Shown here one piece after another: positions 10,698 through 20,775 of a stretch of DNA of 64,000 bases (position 1 is its first letter; every line of letters begins with the position of its first letter). The notes under the pieces were generated by a model. That model was not told the origin of the DNA and ran no database searches. It saw only the letters and a list, made by a program, of their open reading frames with translations. Made by a program: the position numbers and the translations under genes. Source of the DNA: Bacillales bacterium UBA784 (GTDB taxonomy: Bacteria; Bacillota_I; Bacilli_A; RFN20; CAG-288); NCBI GenBank assembly GCA_002297045.1, contig DBJE01000013.1, forward strand, positions 127,791 to 191,790, written 5' to 3'.

Positions 10698-11467
10698 TTG
10701 TTTTCCCCCTTTTGATTCTTTTTATAGATTTCGGCAAGTCCTTCAAAGGTCAGATCCGGATCGTAGGTGAAATCAAAGAGCCTATCCTTGATTAGTCTTG
10801 CGCAGCTTCCCGTAAGGATAGGGATTAAATCGGTTCCCCTTTCGCTTTCCCTTTTCTTCTTCCTCTCCCGGCATAGCCTTGAATAGCCAAAGAGAATTCC
10901 GGAATTCCTGCTTTCCTTTGTGGATTTCCCAATCAGACGTTTCGGCTTCTCTAGTTCAATGTCGCATAACTGAGCAGAATTCTGCCACCTATAGGAGGAA
11001 GAGGACATCCTTCCCGGGAACAGGGCACCGCCATAGAACTCTTTTTTCGAGGTGCAGACGATAAAGGAGCTGACGGAGGAAAGGTCGGCAATGAAATAAT
11101 TATCTGTTCCTTTTTTCCTCGCACCGACGCAGTCGGCAAGAAGGTCGCTTCCGACTTCAGAGGGATTATCCATCCGGATGGCCAAGCCGATCTTGAGCGA
11201 GTGGTTGACGACAAGGCATTCCTTGCCTAAAAGACGGGAGGCGGCATTCTTTATCCGGTTTGTCCTCGATGGGACGACGGAAGAGAGGATTGCTCCTTCT
11301 ATTTCCTCCGGTCTGACTGACTGGTAGGCAAGGTACTGTTTCCTAAGGAGTTGATACTCCCCTTCCGACTTCCTTTTGTCGCAGTAGGTTCTGTACTGTG
11401 CTTTTGCTTTCGTATCGAAAAGACACCTATCTAGGGAATCGTTCCCTAAATCCATGATGAAGATCAT
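10694..11467 (-). CDS. coaX: Type III pantothenate kinase
   Basis: N-terminal MDLGN(D/T)S, GGALFPG, and IGKSTKES-(AGG)-NSGILFGY (canonical T..AMQSG). GAAGGAGGGG RBS lies before ATG 11467. Confidence 0.8.
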   Translation of the reverse strand: MIFIMDLGNDSLDRCLFDTKAKAQYRTYCDKRKSEGEYQLLRKQYLAYQSVRPEEIEGAILSSVVPSRTNRIKNAASRLLGKECLVVNHSLKIGLAIRMDNPSEVGSDLLADCVGARKKGTDNYFIADLSSVSSFIVCTSKKEFYGGALFPGRMSSSSYRWQNSAQLCDIELEKPKRLIGKSTKESRNSGILFGYSRLCRERKKKRESERGTDLIPILTGSCARLIKDRLFDFTYDPDLTFEGLAEIYKKNQKGENK

Positions 11468-11795
11468 GTCCCCTCCTTCTACAGTCCTTTGATAAGGTAC
11501 CGTGCGAGCAAGTCATTAAGACGGCAAGAAGTCTATTCCTTCCTTTCTCTGATGTCAAGAAGGAAGATAATCTCCTTGAAGATACACTATCCTCCAGGGC
11601 GGGGAATCAGAATTAAATGCATCGAACAAAAAAGAAAGAATAAAAAGAAGAGCGCTTTCATAACGATGTTATCAGACTGGAAATCAGATTAAACAGAAAA
11701 TAAAAATCAATTAGGGAAGGAGAATAGAGAAAACAGGAAAGTCCAAGCACAGATAAGGATTGCTATTTTCTTCCCACTTTCTTAAAATAAGTGAC

Positions 11796-12212
11796 ATGAA
11801 AAGAATAAAAAATCTACTTAAGGACAAGCTGTTTCTGACTCTGTTTAGATGTACTGTCTCCCTTCTTTTCGGAAGGATATTTTTCCTCTGTTATTATTTT
11901 ACACATGAAAGCACTTACAGTTCGTTATCTACGGCATTTTTCATTCCTGGTGCCGTCCTTCTTTTTATTGGTGTTTTCTCCCTGATCAATCATCTTGGCG
12001 GAAGGGATTTTGTCAGCTATGCTTCCATCAACACCCTTTCGTTTCTGAAAAAGAATCCGGAAAAGCCTTTCGAGGACCTTGTCGCCTATAAGGAATATAA
12101 GGAAGGCAAGCGGGAATTTGAAGGACCGGTCTATCTTCCTTATCTGATTTTCGGCGCGGTTTTTACTGCGCTGGCAATTATATTTTACATACTATACGTC
12201 AAAAGCTTTTAG
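11796..12212 (+). CDS. Hypothetical small membrane protein (DUF3899-like)
   Basis: 3-4 predicted TM helices. ATG at 11796 was chosen over the non-ATG track start 11760. No clear RBS. Confidence 0.45.
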   Translation: MKRIKNLLKDKLFLTLFRCTVSLLFGRIFFLCYYFTHESTYSSLSTAFFIPGAVLLFIGVFSLINHLGGRDFVSYASINTLSFLKKNPEKPFEDLVAYKEYKEGKREFEGPVYLPYLIFGAVFTALAIIFYILYVKSF

Positions 12213-12298
12213 TTGAACTTCGCTTTTCTTCCTTCTAAATTATTCCCACTCTTTTCGTGTAGGCATTGCTGCGGAAAGATATTTAGGAGGATTGACTC

Positions 12299-14605
12299 AT
12301 GAAAAAAACAAAAGCAAGGCTGACTTCTCTTCTTTCTCTTCTTCTTCTCGCTGGATGCAACGGCAAGACATCCGGCAGTGGTTCTGCGACGGTCCCTGGG
12401 GGAGATAGCACACCCGAAAAACCCTCGACCGAAACAAAGACCGAGTCGTTTACCGGTACGGCAAACCTCACCGGTCTATCCGCAGACGAGAAGACCGTCC
12501 TTCTTGGACAGATGGAGGCCTATGCACAGAAGTATCACCTTACCGGTATACCTCTTTACGGATCTGGCGGTTATACGCTGATTAACGAACGTATTTCTCT
12601 TCCGGTGGGGAAGAATGTCCCTAATTACGGATATGGAATCCTGAGAGAAGGATATATTAAAACTGGCAGGACTGCCGAACAGGAACCGGTTGAGGCATAT
12701 CGGGGCTATTACCACACTGCGGTTGCCAGTGTAATGAATAATCTCTCGACAATCGATGCCTCGGATACCGGTACCGCTTCTCTGGTTGAATATATTTCCT
12801 CTGGACTTTACAGCACGCGGCTAGTCAAAAACAAGGATGCACAGAAAAGCTACGATGACCAATATGAATGGTATGGTTCTCTTGCTAAGGAGGATGCTCC
12901 GGAAGGAATCGATGATGATTATGCCACGACCCATTCCTCGAAGAAGTGGAGAATCAAGGTAAAGACCGGCGCGAACAGCGGACTGAAATATAAGACTCTG
13001 TCCACGAAGTCGATTGACGGAACGAAGATTTCCTCGTTCAATGACACTCCGGTGACGGTTGACGACTATATCTTTGCCCTTAAAGTTATGTCGACCTATA
13101 AGTACGGAAACTACTATTATTTCCAGTATTCTTCCGACACCTCGGAGATTGTCGGACTTGCCGACTATGTCAACGCCACTGCCGAAGTAGGGCTTACCAG
13201 CGATGCCGCTAAGACGGCATGGAACAAGGTCGGATACAAGAAAATCGATGATGAGACTATCGAAGTCGAATTTGCCCATCCGACAGATGAGTTCGGGGCC
13301 AGGTACCGATTAAGTGGCGTTCTGCTCTCTCCGATTAATGAAAAATTCTATACCTTAGTCACGACCTTGGATTCCGACGGAACAATTGACGGCGATGATT
13401 TCGATAACGGCCGATATGCTAAGACGGTCAGCGACAAGGATAAGGGAGTCGACCTTACGCCGGCCGATACCACCCTGTCCTTAGGCGCCTATACCATCCA
13501 GAGCTATGAAAGCGGAACAGGAACAGATAACCGTATTGTCTTTGTCAAGAATCCGGACTGGGTCGATACGGTGACCGAAAAGGCGGAAACCGGATATGAC
13601 ATCTACCGGATTCCCGGCATCGTTGTCAATATCAATGCGGCTAGGAAAACCGATTCGACCGCAAATTACAATAACTTCAAGGCCGGCAAAACGGATATTT
13701 CCTCTATTCCTGCTTCGGAAAAGGAAGCAGAGGCGGGAGACAAGCCCTATAAGTATTATGAGGAAGGCGATTCGGTCTGGAAACTCCAGGTCAACAGTCT
13801 GACGCAGGAGGAATGGAACAGCATCTTCAAAAAAGGCGGCGAAGTCATTGAGGACTATCAGACCGAGAATCCTTCCGACTACTATCAGTGCAAACCGATT
13901 AGGAGCAACGATGACTTTATCAACGGCTTTTATACGGCAATCAACCGTGAGGCCTTAGCCAATCTGGTATCTGCCGATATTGGCGATTCCTTCTTCTCCG
14001 ACCTTTATGAAATCGATCCAATCAACCATGTTTCCTATAACTCGACTCAAGCCCATAAGGACGCAAGGAAGAATTATTATCCCGATACCCACGGCTATAA
14101 CCTTGAGGCATCCAAACAGCTCTTCTCCCGTGCTATCGATTCCGAAATTGCGGCTGGACATTATACGGCCGGAACAAAGGAAAAACCGACAGAAATCCAT
14201 GTCCAGGTCGCCTATCAGACCGAAAGCCAGATTACCCAGGAAGGCAATGCCATCAAGAAGTATGTCGAGGACTCTTTCAATGCGGTCGGACTGGACAAAG
14301 GTGTCAAACTGGTAATCGATAACTATGCCCCATCCGAATGGAGCGATATCTATTACAACAGGACCCTGGTCGGGAAATTCGACTTTGCCTTCGCCGCTAT
14401 CTCCGGCTCTACCCTCGATCCAATCAGCTTCAGGAATACCCTCTGCTCCAATTCCCGTTCCACCTTTACCCTTTCCTGGGGTGCCCATACCAATGAGGAT
14501 ACCGGGGAAATCGTCTATGACGGAAAATCCTACTCCTTTGATGCAAGGTATGAGGCTCTTGTCTTAGGCGATGCCGAAATTCAGGATGGTAAGCTAGTCT
14601 ACTAA
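12299..14605 (+). CDS. Opp/Dpp-type (family 5) ABC substrate-binding lipoprotein, unusually long (768 aa)
   Basis: Signal peptide with lipobox LLLAGC, first gene of a permease/ATPase operon, family-5 SBP-like core. AGGAGG RBS upstream. Confidence 0.8.
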   Translation: MKKTKARLTSLLSLLLLAGCNGKTSGSGSATVPGGDSTPEKPSTETKTESFTGTANLTGLSADEKTVLLGQMEAYAQKYHLTGIPLYGSGGYTLINERISLPVGKNVPNYGYGILREGYIKTGRTAEQEPVEAYRGYYHTAVASVMNNLSTIDASDTGTASLVEYISSGLYSTRLVKNKDAQKSYDDQYEWYGSLAKEDAPEGIDDDYATTHSSKKWRIKVKTGANSGLKYKTLSTKSIDGTKISSFNDTPVTVDDYIFALKVMSTYKYGNYYYFQYSSDTSEIVGLADYVNATAEVGLTSDAAKTAWNKVGYKKIDDETIEVEFAHPTDEFGARYRLSGVLLSPINEKFYTLVTTLDSDGTIDGDDFDNGRYAKTVSDKDKGVDLTPADTTLSLGAYTIQSYESGTGTDNRIVFVKNPDWVDTVTEKAETGYDIYRIPGIVVNINAARKTDSTANYNNFKAGKTDISSIPASEKEAEAGDKPYKYYEEGDSVWKLQVNSLTQEEWNSIFKKGGEVIEDYQTENPSDYYQCKPIRSNDDFINGFYTAINREALANLVSADIGDSFFSDLYEIDPINHVSYNSTQAHKDARKNYYPDTHGYNLEASKQLFSRAIDSEIAAGHYTAGTKEKPTEIHVQVAYQTESQITQEGNAIKKYVEDSFNAVGLDKGVKLVIDNYAPSEWSDIYYNRTLVGKFDFAFAAISGSTLDPISFRNTLCSNSRSTFTLSWGAHTNEDTGEIVYDGKSYSFDARYEALVLGDAEIQDGKLVY

Positions 14606-14628
14606 GGATTCTGTTTCCTCTTGAAATA

Positions 14629-14662
14629 AGCTGAACCGGGTTTTTATCCGGTTCAGCTTTTG
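14629..14662 (+). terminator. Hairpin (attenuating terminator) between the SBP gene and the permease genes
   Basis: Perfect 11-bp stem AGCTGAACCGG / CCGGTTCAGCT followed by TTTTG. Confidence 0.8.
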
Positions 14663-14706
14663 TCTCAATTGAGTTATAAAAACAAATTTATAGAAAGGAG
14701 TGCAAA

Positions 14707-15738
14707 ATGGTAAAATATGTCATTAAGCGTTTACTGCTTGCTATTGTTACCCTGTTTCTCATCTTATCGCTGACATTTATCCTTATTCAGCTTTTACCGT
14801 TTGAAAAACCTGTCGGAACCAGTGCACAGCAGGTCGCTTATTATACAAAGCAGGCTACCCTCGGGTATCTTGTCCGGACAAGCGAAGTGAACAATAAGCT
14901 CGGCACGCCCTTGTATACCACTACAATATCCGATACAACCTACTATTTTTACCAGGCTCCGATTCTCGGACAGTATCTTTCCTGGCTGAAGAATATCTTC
15001 ACGGCCTGGGACTGGGGACTGAGCAAATCGGTTCAGGCCAACGTTCCGGTCATGACCATTATTGCTAAGGGCCTTCCGGTAACTATCGAGGTTAATGTCC
15101 TTTCGGTCGTTCTTTCTGTCCCTCTTGGTATCGGACTTGGAATCTGGGCTGCCTTGAAAAAGAACAAACCGACCGACCATATTATTTCTACCCTGATTAG
15201 GATTTTTATTTCCGTTCCGAGCTTTGTCATCATCACCTTCCTGATTCTTACCTTCGGCTACAGGTGGAAAATCCTTCCTACCGAGTGGGCAAAGTCAACT
15301 TCGCCTCTCTCGGCTAAGGTGGCCGCCTTTGTTATCCCCGTCCTCTCCCTATCCTTCTCCAGTATCTGCGGATACTGCCGGTTTACCCGTGCCGAACTCT
15401 GCGATGTTCTCTCTTCCGACTATCTTCTTTTGGCCAGAACCAAGGGACTGACAAAGAAACAATCGGTTATGCGCCACGCCTTACGCAACGCCATGGTACC
15501 GATTCTTCCTTCCATTCTTGCCGAGGTTGTCGGCATTCTCTCCGGGTCGATGATCCTAGAGACACTTTACAACATACCCGGAATCGGGAATCTCTTCTAT
15601 GAGGCTTTACGGGCTAAGGATTACAACCTACTTATGGCCGATAGGGCTCTCTTTACCAGTATCGGCCTTCTTGCCGGAATTGTCCTAGACCTTTCCTATG
15701 GATTCCTTGATCCGAGAATCAGAATGGGGGAAAAGTAA
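14707..15738 (+). CDS. Opp/Dpp-type ABC permease (OppB-like)
   Basis: 343 aa, 6 TM, BPD-transporter EAA-type loop (LLARTKGLTKKQSV-RHALRNA). Confidence 0.9.
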   Translation: MVKYVIKRLLLAIVTLFLILSLTFILIQLLPFEKPVGTSAQQVAYYTKQATLGYLVRTSEVNNKLGTPLYTTTISDTTYYFYQAPILGQYLSWLKNIFTAWDWGLSKSVQANVPVMTIIAKGLPVTIEVNVLSVVLSVPLGIGLGIWAALKKNKPTDHIISTLIRIFISVPSFVIITFLILTFGYRWKILPTEWAKSTSPLSAKVAAFVIPVLSLSFSSICGYCRFTRAELCDVLSSDYLLLARTKGLTKKQSVMRHALRNAMVPILPSILAEVVGILSGSMILETLYNIPGIGNLFYEALRAKDYNLLMADRALFTSIGLLAGIVLDLSYGFLDPRIRMGEK

Positions 15739-15739
15739 A

Positions 15740-17602
15740 ATGGAAAAGTTCAACTATTGCGATTCGTCCGGAAAATCCCATTCCGTCCAGCTTGATGCAA
15801 AGGAATTTGAGTTTGCCCAAAAGGATAAGGCGATAACCGATGTCAAATTCAAAGGCAAGCCGGTCACATTTGCTAAGGATGCCTTTATCCGGTTCTGCAA
15901 GAATAAATCCAGCATTGTCGCCGCTGTTATCCTAGGACTGATTGTCCTTCTTTCCTTCATTCTTCCCTTTGCCATTCCCTATGATGTCTCCAATACTCAT
16001 GCCGAGGAAACTTTCCTGGCCCCGAAAATTTTCCGTACCGGAACCGGTTTTCTTGACGGAACTAAGCAGTATAAGGATGTCGTCTATGATGAATCCACCG
16101 GATATCCTTCTACCTCTTCCCAGCTAGACAACGGATCGATTCTGATGGATACAAGGAAGATCTATGACGGATATACGGATACTGCCTATTCCTTTGCCCA
16201 TAACGGATATGTCCGTATCGGAAACACTTCTAGCGAGGCTTCCTCCTACCTCAGCACCAAAGTTCTTACCCTGACGGACAGGAAAAACGTTACGTTGGAG
16301 TTCGAAATCGAATCCGGGCTTGATCCGGAAAACTTTGACAATTCCTCCTACAATGTGACACTGGAATACCTTGACGGAACGGAAAATAAGTCAATCAGCG
16401 TCCTCAAAAACTCCTATCGGTACGGAAGCGTATCTCTGTCCCTTGACGGCTTTCTAAAGGATGTCTCAAACGGAAATCTCTCGGTTTCCTTTTCTGTCGA
16501 TCCGATTAAGGAAACCGGTAAAGCCGTTTATCTAAAGTCTCTCACTCTTAAGGATAACGGAAATACGGTTTACTCCTTCAGTGATGCCGCTCAGGCTATT
16601 TACCATAAGGAACTCTCCCTAAACGGCAACGGAGTCTCCCTTTTCCAGGGTGTAATTAAATACTGCTCGTTCTCCTACGATACCTACAATGCCAAATACG
16701 GGGACAGAAGCAGGTCTATCGGCGAATCGGAAAGGAAGGAATATATCGATAAGGGGTATCTCAGCTATGACTTTTCTGTCGGCCCTTCCTCCTTTAAGAT
16801 TCTAAACGGGGACAGATGTCCGATTAAGTCCGTTTCTAAGCAGAATACCGTCGAGGGCCTGATTACCGTAACGACACTTGACTGCGTCGTTACCTACTAT
16901 AAGTACCTTGGCTATAGCAGAAGGCCGATTCATCTTTTCGGAACGAACGGACAGGGAAAGGACAGGTTGAAATATGTGGCTGAGGGAACCAGAAACTCTT
17001 TGGGCATCGGCATCCTTATCTCCCTGATTACCTTCCTCTTCGGCCTGATCTATGGTGCTATCGAGGGTTATTTCGGTGGTACAGTCGATTTGATCAGGGA
17101 ACGGATTGTCGATATCCTCGGCTACATTCCCTGGATTGTCGTCGTTACTCTCTGCGTCCTTCACTTTGGACAAGGATTCGGTGTCTTTATCCTGGCGAGG
17201 TGTCTCACTGGGTGGATTTCGACTTCGTCGATCACCAGAACACAATTCTACCGGTTCAAGAAGCGGGAATATGTACTTGCCTCAAAGAGCCTAGGGGCTA
17301 AGGATTCGCGTCTTATCTTTACCCACATCCTTCCCAATTCCCTAGGAACGATTGTCACCTCTTCCGTTTTAAGGATCCCTTCCGTTATCTTCTCCGAGGC
17401 GAGTATTTCCTATCTCGGAATCGGACTTAAGGGGCTCTCCTCATTAGGCGTCATCCTCAGCGACAACCAGGTCTACATCAATTCCTATTCCTATCTTCTC
17501 ATCTTCCCTTCTGTTGTCTTGGCCCTGATGATGATCTGCTTCAATCTTTTCGGTAACGGATTGCGTGATGCCCTTAACCCATCACTGAAAGGAAGTGATT
17601 GA
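15740..17602 (+). CDS. Opp/Dpp-type ABC permease (OppC-like) with a ~330-aa extracytoplasmic insert after TM1
   Basis: The C-terminal 270 aa form a typical OppC core (ASKSLGAKDSRLIFTHILPN). ATG 15740 follows the oppB stop and is in frame with track start 15698. TGA stop at 17600-17602. Confidence 0.85.
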   Translation: MEKFNYCDSSGKSHSVQLDAKEFEFAQKDKAITDVKFKGKPVTFAKDAFIRFCKNKSSIVAAVILGLIVLLSFILPFAIPYDVSNTHAEETFLAPKIFRTGTGFLDGTKQYKDVVYDESTGYPSTSSQLDNGSILMDTRKIYDGYTDTAYSFAHNGYVRIGNTSSEASSYLSTKVLTLTDRKNVTLEFEIESGLDPENFDNSSYNVTLEYLDGTENKSISVLKNSYRYGSVSLSLDGFLKDVSNGNLSVSFSVDPIKETGKAVYLKSLTLKDNGNTVYSFSDAAQAIYHKELSLNGNGVSLFQGVIKYCSFSYDTYNAKYGDRSRSIGESERKEYIDKGYLSYDFSVGPSSFKILNGDRCPIKSVSKQNTVEGLITVTTLDCVVTYYKYLGYSRRPIHLFGTNGQGKDRLKYVAEGTRNSLGIGILISLITFLFGLIYGAIEGYFGGTVDLIRERIVDILGYIPWIVVVTLCVLHFGQGFGVFILARCLTGWISTSSITRTQFYRFKKREYVLASKSLGAKDSRLIFTHILPNSLGTIVTSSVLRIPSVIFSEASISYLGIGLKGLSSLGVILSDNQVYINSYSYLLIFPSVVLALMMICFNLFGNGLRDALNPSLKGSD

Positions 17603-17603
17603 T

Positions 17604-19190
17604 ATGGAAGAAAAAAAGAAAGTACTGTCTGTCCATAATCTCCGTGTTTCATTTAAATCGGATTACGGGATCGTCCATGCCGTCCGCGGCGTCTCTTTCG
17701 ACCTCTACAAAGGGGAGACCCTTTGTATAGTCGGAGAATCGGGAAGCGGAAAATCGGTCACTTCAAAGACCATCATGGGTATCCTTCCTCCATCGGCGAG
17801 GATTGAGGAAGGAAGCATTGATTTCGAGGGTGAAGACCTGACTAAGGTGTCTGAGGAGGAATTCCATAATATCCGGGGGAAGAAGATAGGAAGGATCTTC
17901 CAGGATCCTCTCTCTTCCCTAAACCCAATCAGGAAAGTCGGAAAACAGATTACGGAGGCAAGGCTCATCAACAGAAACAGGCTTGACCGCCTTTTCGAAT
18001 CAAAGATTCAGAAGGAAAGGACAGCATTGAAGAACGCCCAGTCAAAGAGAAGCAGCGAGAAGGAAAAGACCTATGCTGCTGAGGAGTTCTTCCTTTCCGA
18101 CAGCAAGAAGAAACTCGCAGATCTTCTCTATTCCCATCCCGAATGGTCTAAGGCGGATAAGAAAGAAGTGATTCGGGAAGAGAAGAAAAAGCAAAAGGAC
18201 GGCTATAAGAAAATCAAAAGCGAGGGAAAGAAAAAACGAACGGAAATCGATCGTGAGTATCATCAGGCTGCTCCCTCTCTTAAGGCAGCCCTCAGCCAAA
18301 AGAAGAAGATTGCCAAGAAAGAAGTCTCTCTTTACTATGCTAAACTGAAAAAGAAAAAGAAAAGGCAACTGCTCAGTCTGAAGAAAGAAAGGACGCTATG
18401 TGACAATCTTGAAACGGCAAAAAAGGATTTTTCCGCTAAGAAGAAACAGATTGAAGACGAATTCATCTCCAAGACGAAGATCACAAAGGCAAGGGCTAAG
18501 GAAAAGGCTCTTTCAGTCAGGAAGGAAGTCGGTATTCCTCAGCCGGAGCTCCGCTTTAAGCAGTATCCCTTTGAGTTTTCTGGAGGAAGGCGGCAACGTA
18601 TTGTCATTGCTATCGCCCTTACGGCCAATCCGGAAATCCTTATCTGCGATGAACCGACTACTGCTCTGGATGTGACGATTCAGGCCCAGATTCTCGAACT
18701 GATCAATAAGATTAAGAAGGACCGGAACAGGTCAATTATCTTTATCACCCATGACCTTGGCGTTGTTGCCAATAGGGCTGACCGGGTAGCGGTCAGGTAT
18801 GCCGGTAAGATTGTCGAAGTCGGTACGGTCTATGAAATCTTCTTTGAACCGAAGCATCCTTATACCTGGGCACTTCTCTCTTCCATTCCGGACATTGACT
18901 CTAAGGAGAAACTTGATGCCATTCCTGGTACTCCGCCTAATCTTGTCCACCCTCCGAAAGGGGATGCATTTGCCGAACGGAACAGATATGCCCTTAAGAT
19001 TGACTATGAATATGAACCGCCTGAATTCACTCTCTCTCCCACCCATAAGGCCTCTACCTGGCTACTCTATAAGAAATTCGCACCTAAGGTAACGAGGCCC
19101 CCGATTATCGAGAAGAGAATACAGCGGGCATTAGAGGAGGAAAAAGAATATGAACAGAAACAAAAAGAACAAGGAAAACCTTCAGCCTGA
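17604..19190 (+). CDS. Opp/Dpp-type ABC ATPase (OppD-like) with a ~170-aa Lys-rich insert
   Basis: Walker A GESGSGKS, Q-loop IFQDP, signature FSGG-(AGG)-RQR, Walker B ILICDEPTTALD, THDLGVV, and a C-terminal oligopeptide-ATPase extension. ATG 17604 follows AAAGGAAG. Confidence 0.9.
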   Translation: MEEKKKVLSVHNLRVSFKSDYGIVHAVRGVSFDLYKGETLCIVGESGSGKSVTSKTIMGILPPSARIEEGSIDFEGEDLTKVSEEEFHNIRGKKIGRIFQDPLSSLNPIRKVGKQITEARLINRNRLDRLFESKIQKERTALKNAQSKRSSEKEKTYAAEEFFLSDSKKKLADLLYSHPEWSKADKKEVIREEKKKQKDGYKKIKSEGKKKRTEIDREYHQAAPSLKAALSQKKKIAKKEVSLYYAKLKKKKKRQLLSLKKERTLCDNLETAKKDFSAKKKQIEDEFISKTKITKARAKEKALSVRKEVGIPQPELRFKQYPFEFSGGRRQRIVIAIALTANPEILICDEPTTALDVTIQAQILELINKIKKDRNRSIIFITHDLGVVANRADRVAVRYAGKIVEVGTVYEIFFEPKHPYTWALLSSIPDIDSKEKLDAIPGTPPNLVHPPKGDAFAERNRYALKIDYEYEPPEFTLSPTHKASTWLLYKKFAPKVTRPPIIEKRIQRALEEEKEYEQKQKEQGKPSA

Positions 19191-20472
19191 TCTGACGGAG
19201 AATGCGTCATTGACCGGACGGTTTTCCTCCTCCGACCCTGCCTTAGACGATGAGGAACATGCCTTTAACGAAACTAAGGACGATCCCTGGAGGACAAAGG
19301 AAATCAATCTTGCCCATCATGGTAAGGTCAAGTTCCGTCAGGATTATGCTGATGACCATGTCCTTCTTTCCGTCAACCACCTTAAGGAATTCTTTACCCT
19401 CGGCCATTTTCCTCACAAGAAATGGCTCAAGGCGGTCCATGATATTTCCTTCCAGATTCATGAGGGGGAATGCAGGGGACTAGTCGGTGAATCCGGTTGC
19501 GGTAAGTCTACTACTGGACGGACCATCAGGCGTCTTTATCCTGCCACTTCCGGTTCGGTCTACTATAAAGGCTTCCGGATTCAGGCCGGCTCCCGGTGGA
19601 ATAAGAAGGAAATCAAGTGGAAGACGAAGAAAGGAAAGGAACAGATTGAGAAAATCAAAAGTGATGCTTCCCTTCCGGACAGCGTCAAGAAAGACAGAAT
19701 CCACGATATCAAGCTGAAGATAAAGGAGATCAGACGGATTCAGAAGGAAAAGATCAGACAGATAAACTACGATAACCGGCATGTCGATGATAAGCTGCTA
19801 AATGAAATTCAGATGATCTTCCAGGATCCGATTGATTCCCTTGATCCTCATAGGACTGTTGAGGAGATTATTTCCGAGGGTCTTAAGATTCAGGGCTTCC
19901 GTAATCGGAAGGAAAACCACGAAAAGGTTGTTTCCGTGTTAAAGGAAGTCGGACTGATTGAGGACTATTGCTCCCGTTATCCCCATGAGTTTTCCGGTGG
20001 GCAGCGTCAGCGTGTCGGTATTGCCCGTGCCTTAGTCAGGAATCCTAAGCTTCTTATCTGCGATGAACCTATCTCCGCCCTTGACGTCTCTATCCGTGCC
20101 CAGGTGATCAACCTTCTTAACGAACTGAAGGAAAAGAGAAACCTTTCCATTCTTTTTATTGCCCACGACCTCTCCGTCGTCAAATACTTCTGCGACAAGA
20201 TTGCCGTCAGGTATTTCGGAGACAGGGTTGAACTGGCTCCCTCTGATGAGCTCTTTGCCCATCCTCTCCATCCCTATACCCGTTCTCTTCTTTCCGCCAT
20301 TCCTAAGCCGAATCCCTTTACGGAGAAACGGCGGGAGAGAATCCACTACGATCCTTCAAAAGCGCACGACTATTCAATCGATAAACCCTCCTTCAGAGAG
20401 GTAGAGAAGGATCACTTTGTTCTCTGCAACGATGCCGAATTCCGAAAGTATAAGGAAGAAGTGAAGAAATAG
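19150..20472 (+). CDS. Opp/Dpp-type ABC ATPase (OppF-like) with an internal Lys-rich insert
   Basis: Walker A GESGCGKST, IFQDP, FSGGQRQRVGIARAL, LLICDEPISALD, AHDLSVV. GGAGGAGG RBS. Confidence 0.9.
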   Translation: MNRNKKNKENLQPDLTENASLTGRFSSSDPALDDEEHAFNETKDDPWRTKEINLAHHGKVKFRQDYADDHVLLSVNHLKEFFTLGHFPHKKWLKAVHDISFQIHEGECRGLVGESGCGKSTTGRTIRRLYPATSGSVYYKGFRIQAGSRWNKKEIKWKTKKGKEQIEKIKSDASLPDSVKKDRIHDIKLKIKEIRRIQKEKIRQINYDNRHVDDKLLNEIQMIFQDPIDSLDPHRTVEEIISEGLKIQGFRNRKENHEKVVSVLKEVGLIEDYCSRYPHEFSGGQRQRVGIARALVRNPKLLICDEPISALDVSIRAQVINLLNELKEKRNLSILFIAHDLSVVKYFCDKIAVRYFGDRVELAPSDELFAHPLHPYTRSLLSAIPKPNPFTEKRRERIHYDPSKAHDYSIDKPSFREVEKDHFVLCNDAEFRKYKEEVKK

Positions 20473-20475
20473 GAA

Positions 20476-20526
20476 AAACCGTCTTTCATCCAATCTATGA
20501 TTTGGAAGGAAGACGGTTTATTTTTC
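20476..20526 (+). terminator. Terminator after the opp operon
   Basis: AAACCGTCTT (20476-20485) pairs with AAGACGGTTT (20510-20519) across a 24-nt loop, followed by a T-run at 20521-20525. Confidence 0.6.
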
Positions 20527-20548
20527 TTTTGAAAAACAGTCGAGACTC

Positions 20549-20773
20549 CTATTTCTTTTTATCATCATCCTTTTTTGAGGTTGACTTATCTTTCTTGTCG
20601 TTTATTTTCTCTATGATGGTATCGGTAAGAAGGGCTAACGAATACCTTAGAGCGCAAAGAATTATGGAAATAGGAAAGCCTGGAAGGACAAATTCATTAT
20701 CGCAGAGAGCAAGTACAAAAGCAGCACAGGCAAGGATGATACTCCTAATTTTGACAATTGTGGTTTTTTTCAT
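20549..20773 (-). CDS. Hypothetical small membrane protein with a Lys/Asp-rich tail
   Basis: 74 aa, two hydrophobic helices, C-terminal KKDKSTSKKDDDKKK. Starts 3 nt after the stop of the upstream minus-strand ORF. Confidence 0.45.
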   Translation of the reverse strand: MKKTTIVKIRSIILACAAFVLALCDNEFVLPGFPISIILCALRYSLALLTDTIIEKINDKKDKSTSKKDDDKKK

Positions 20774-20775
20774 AT

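Noticed and set aside
17600-17602. Possibility that TGA encodes Trp (Mollicutes code 4), given the Mollicutes-like features and the in-frame TGA in lipoprotein paralogue 2
   Set aside because: The conserved genes oppC (17600-17602) and cdsA (57401-57403, in an ATGA overlap with dxr) terminate at TGA at the expected protein ends. None of the long conserved ORFs contains an in-frame TGA. The paralogue lesion is better explained as a pseudogene.
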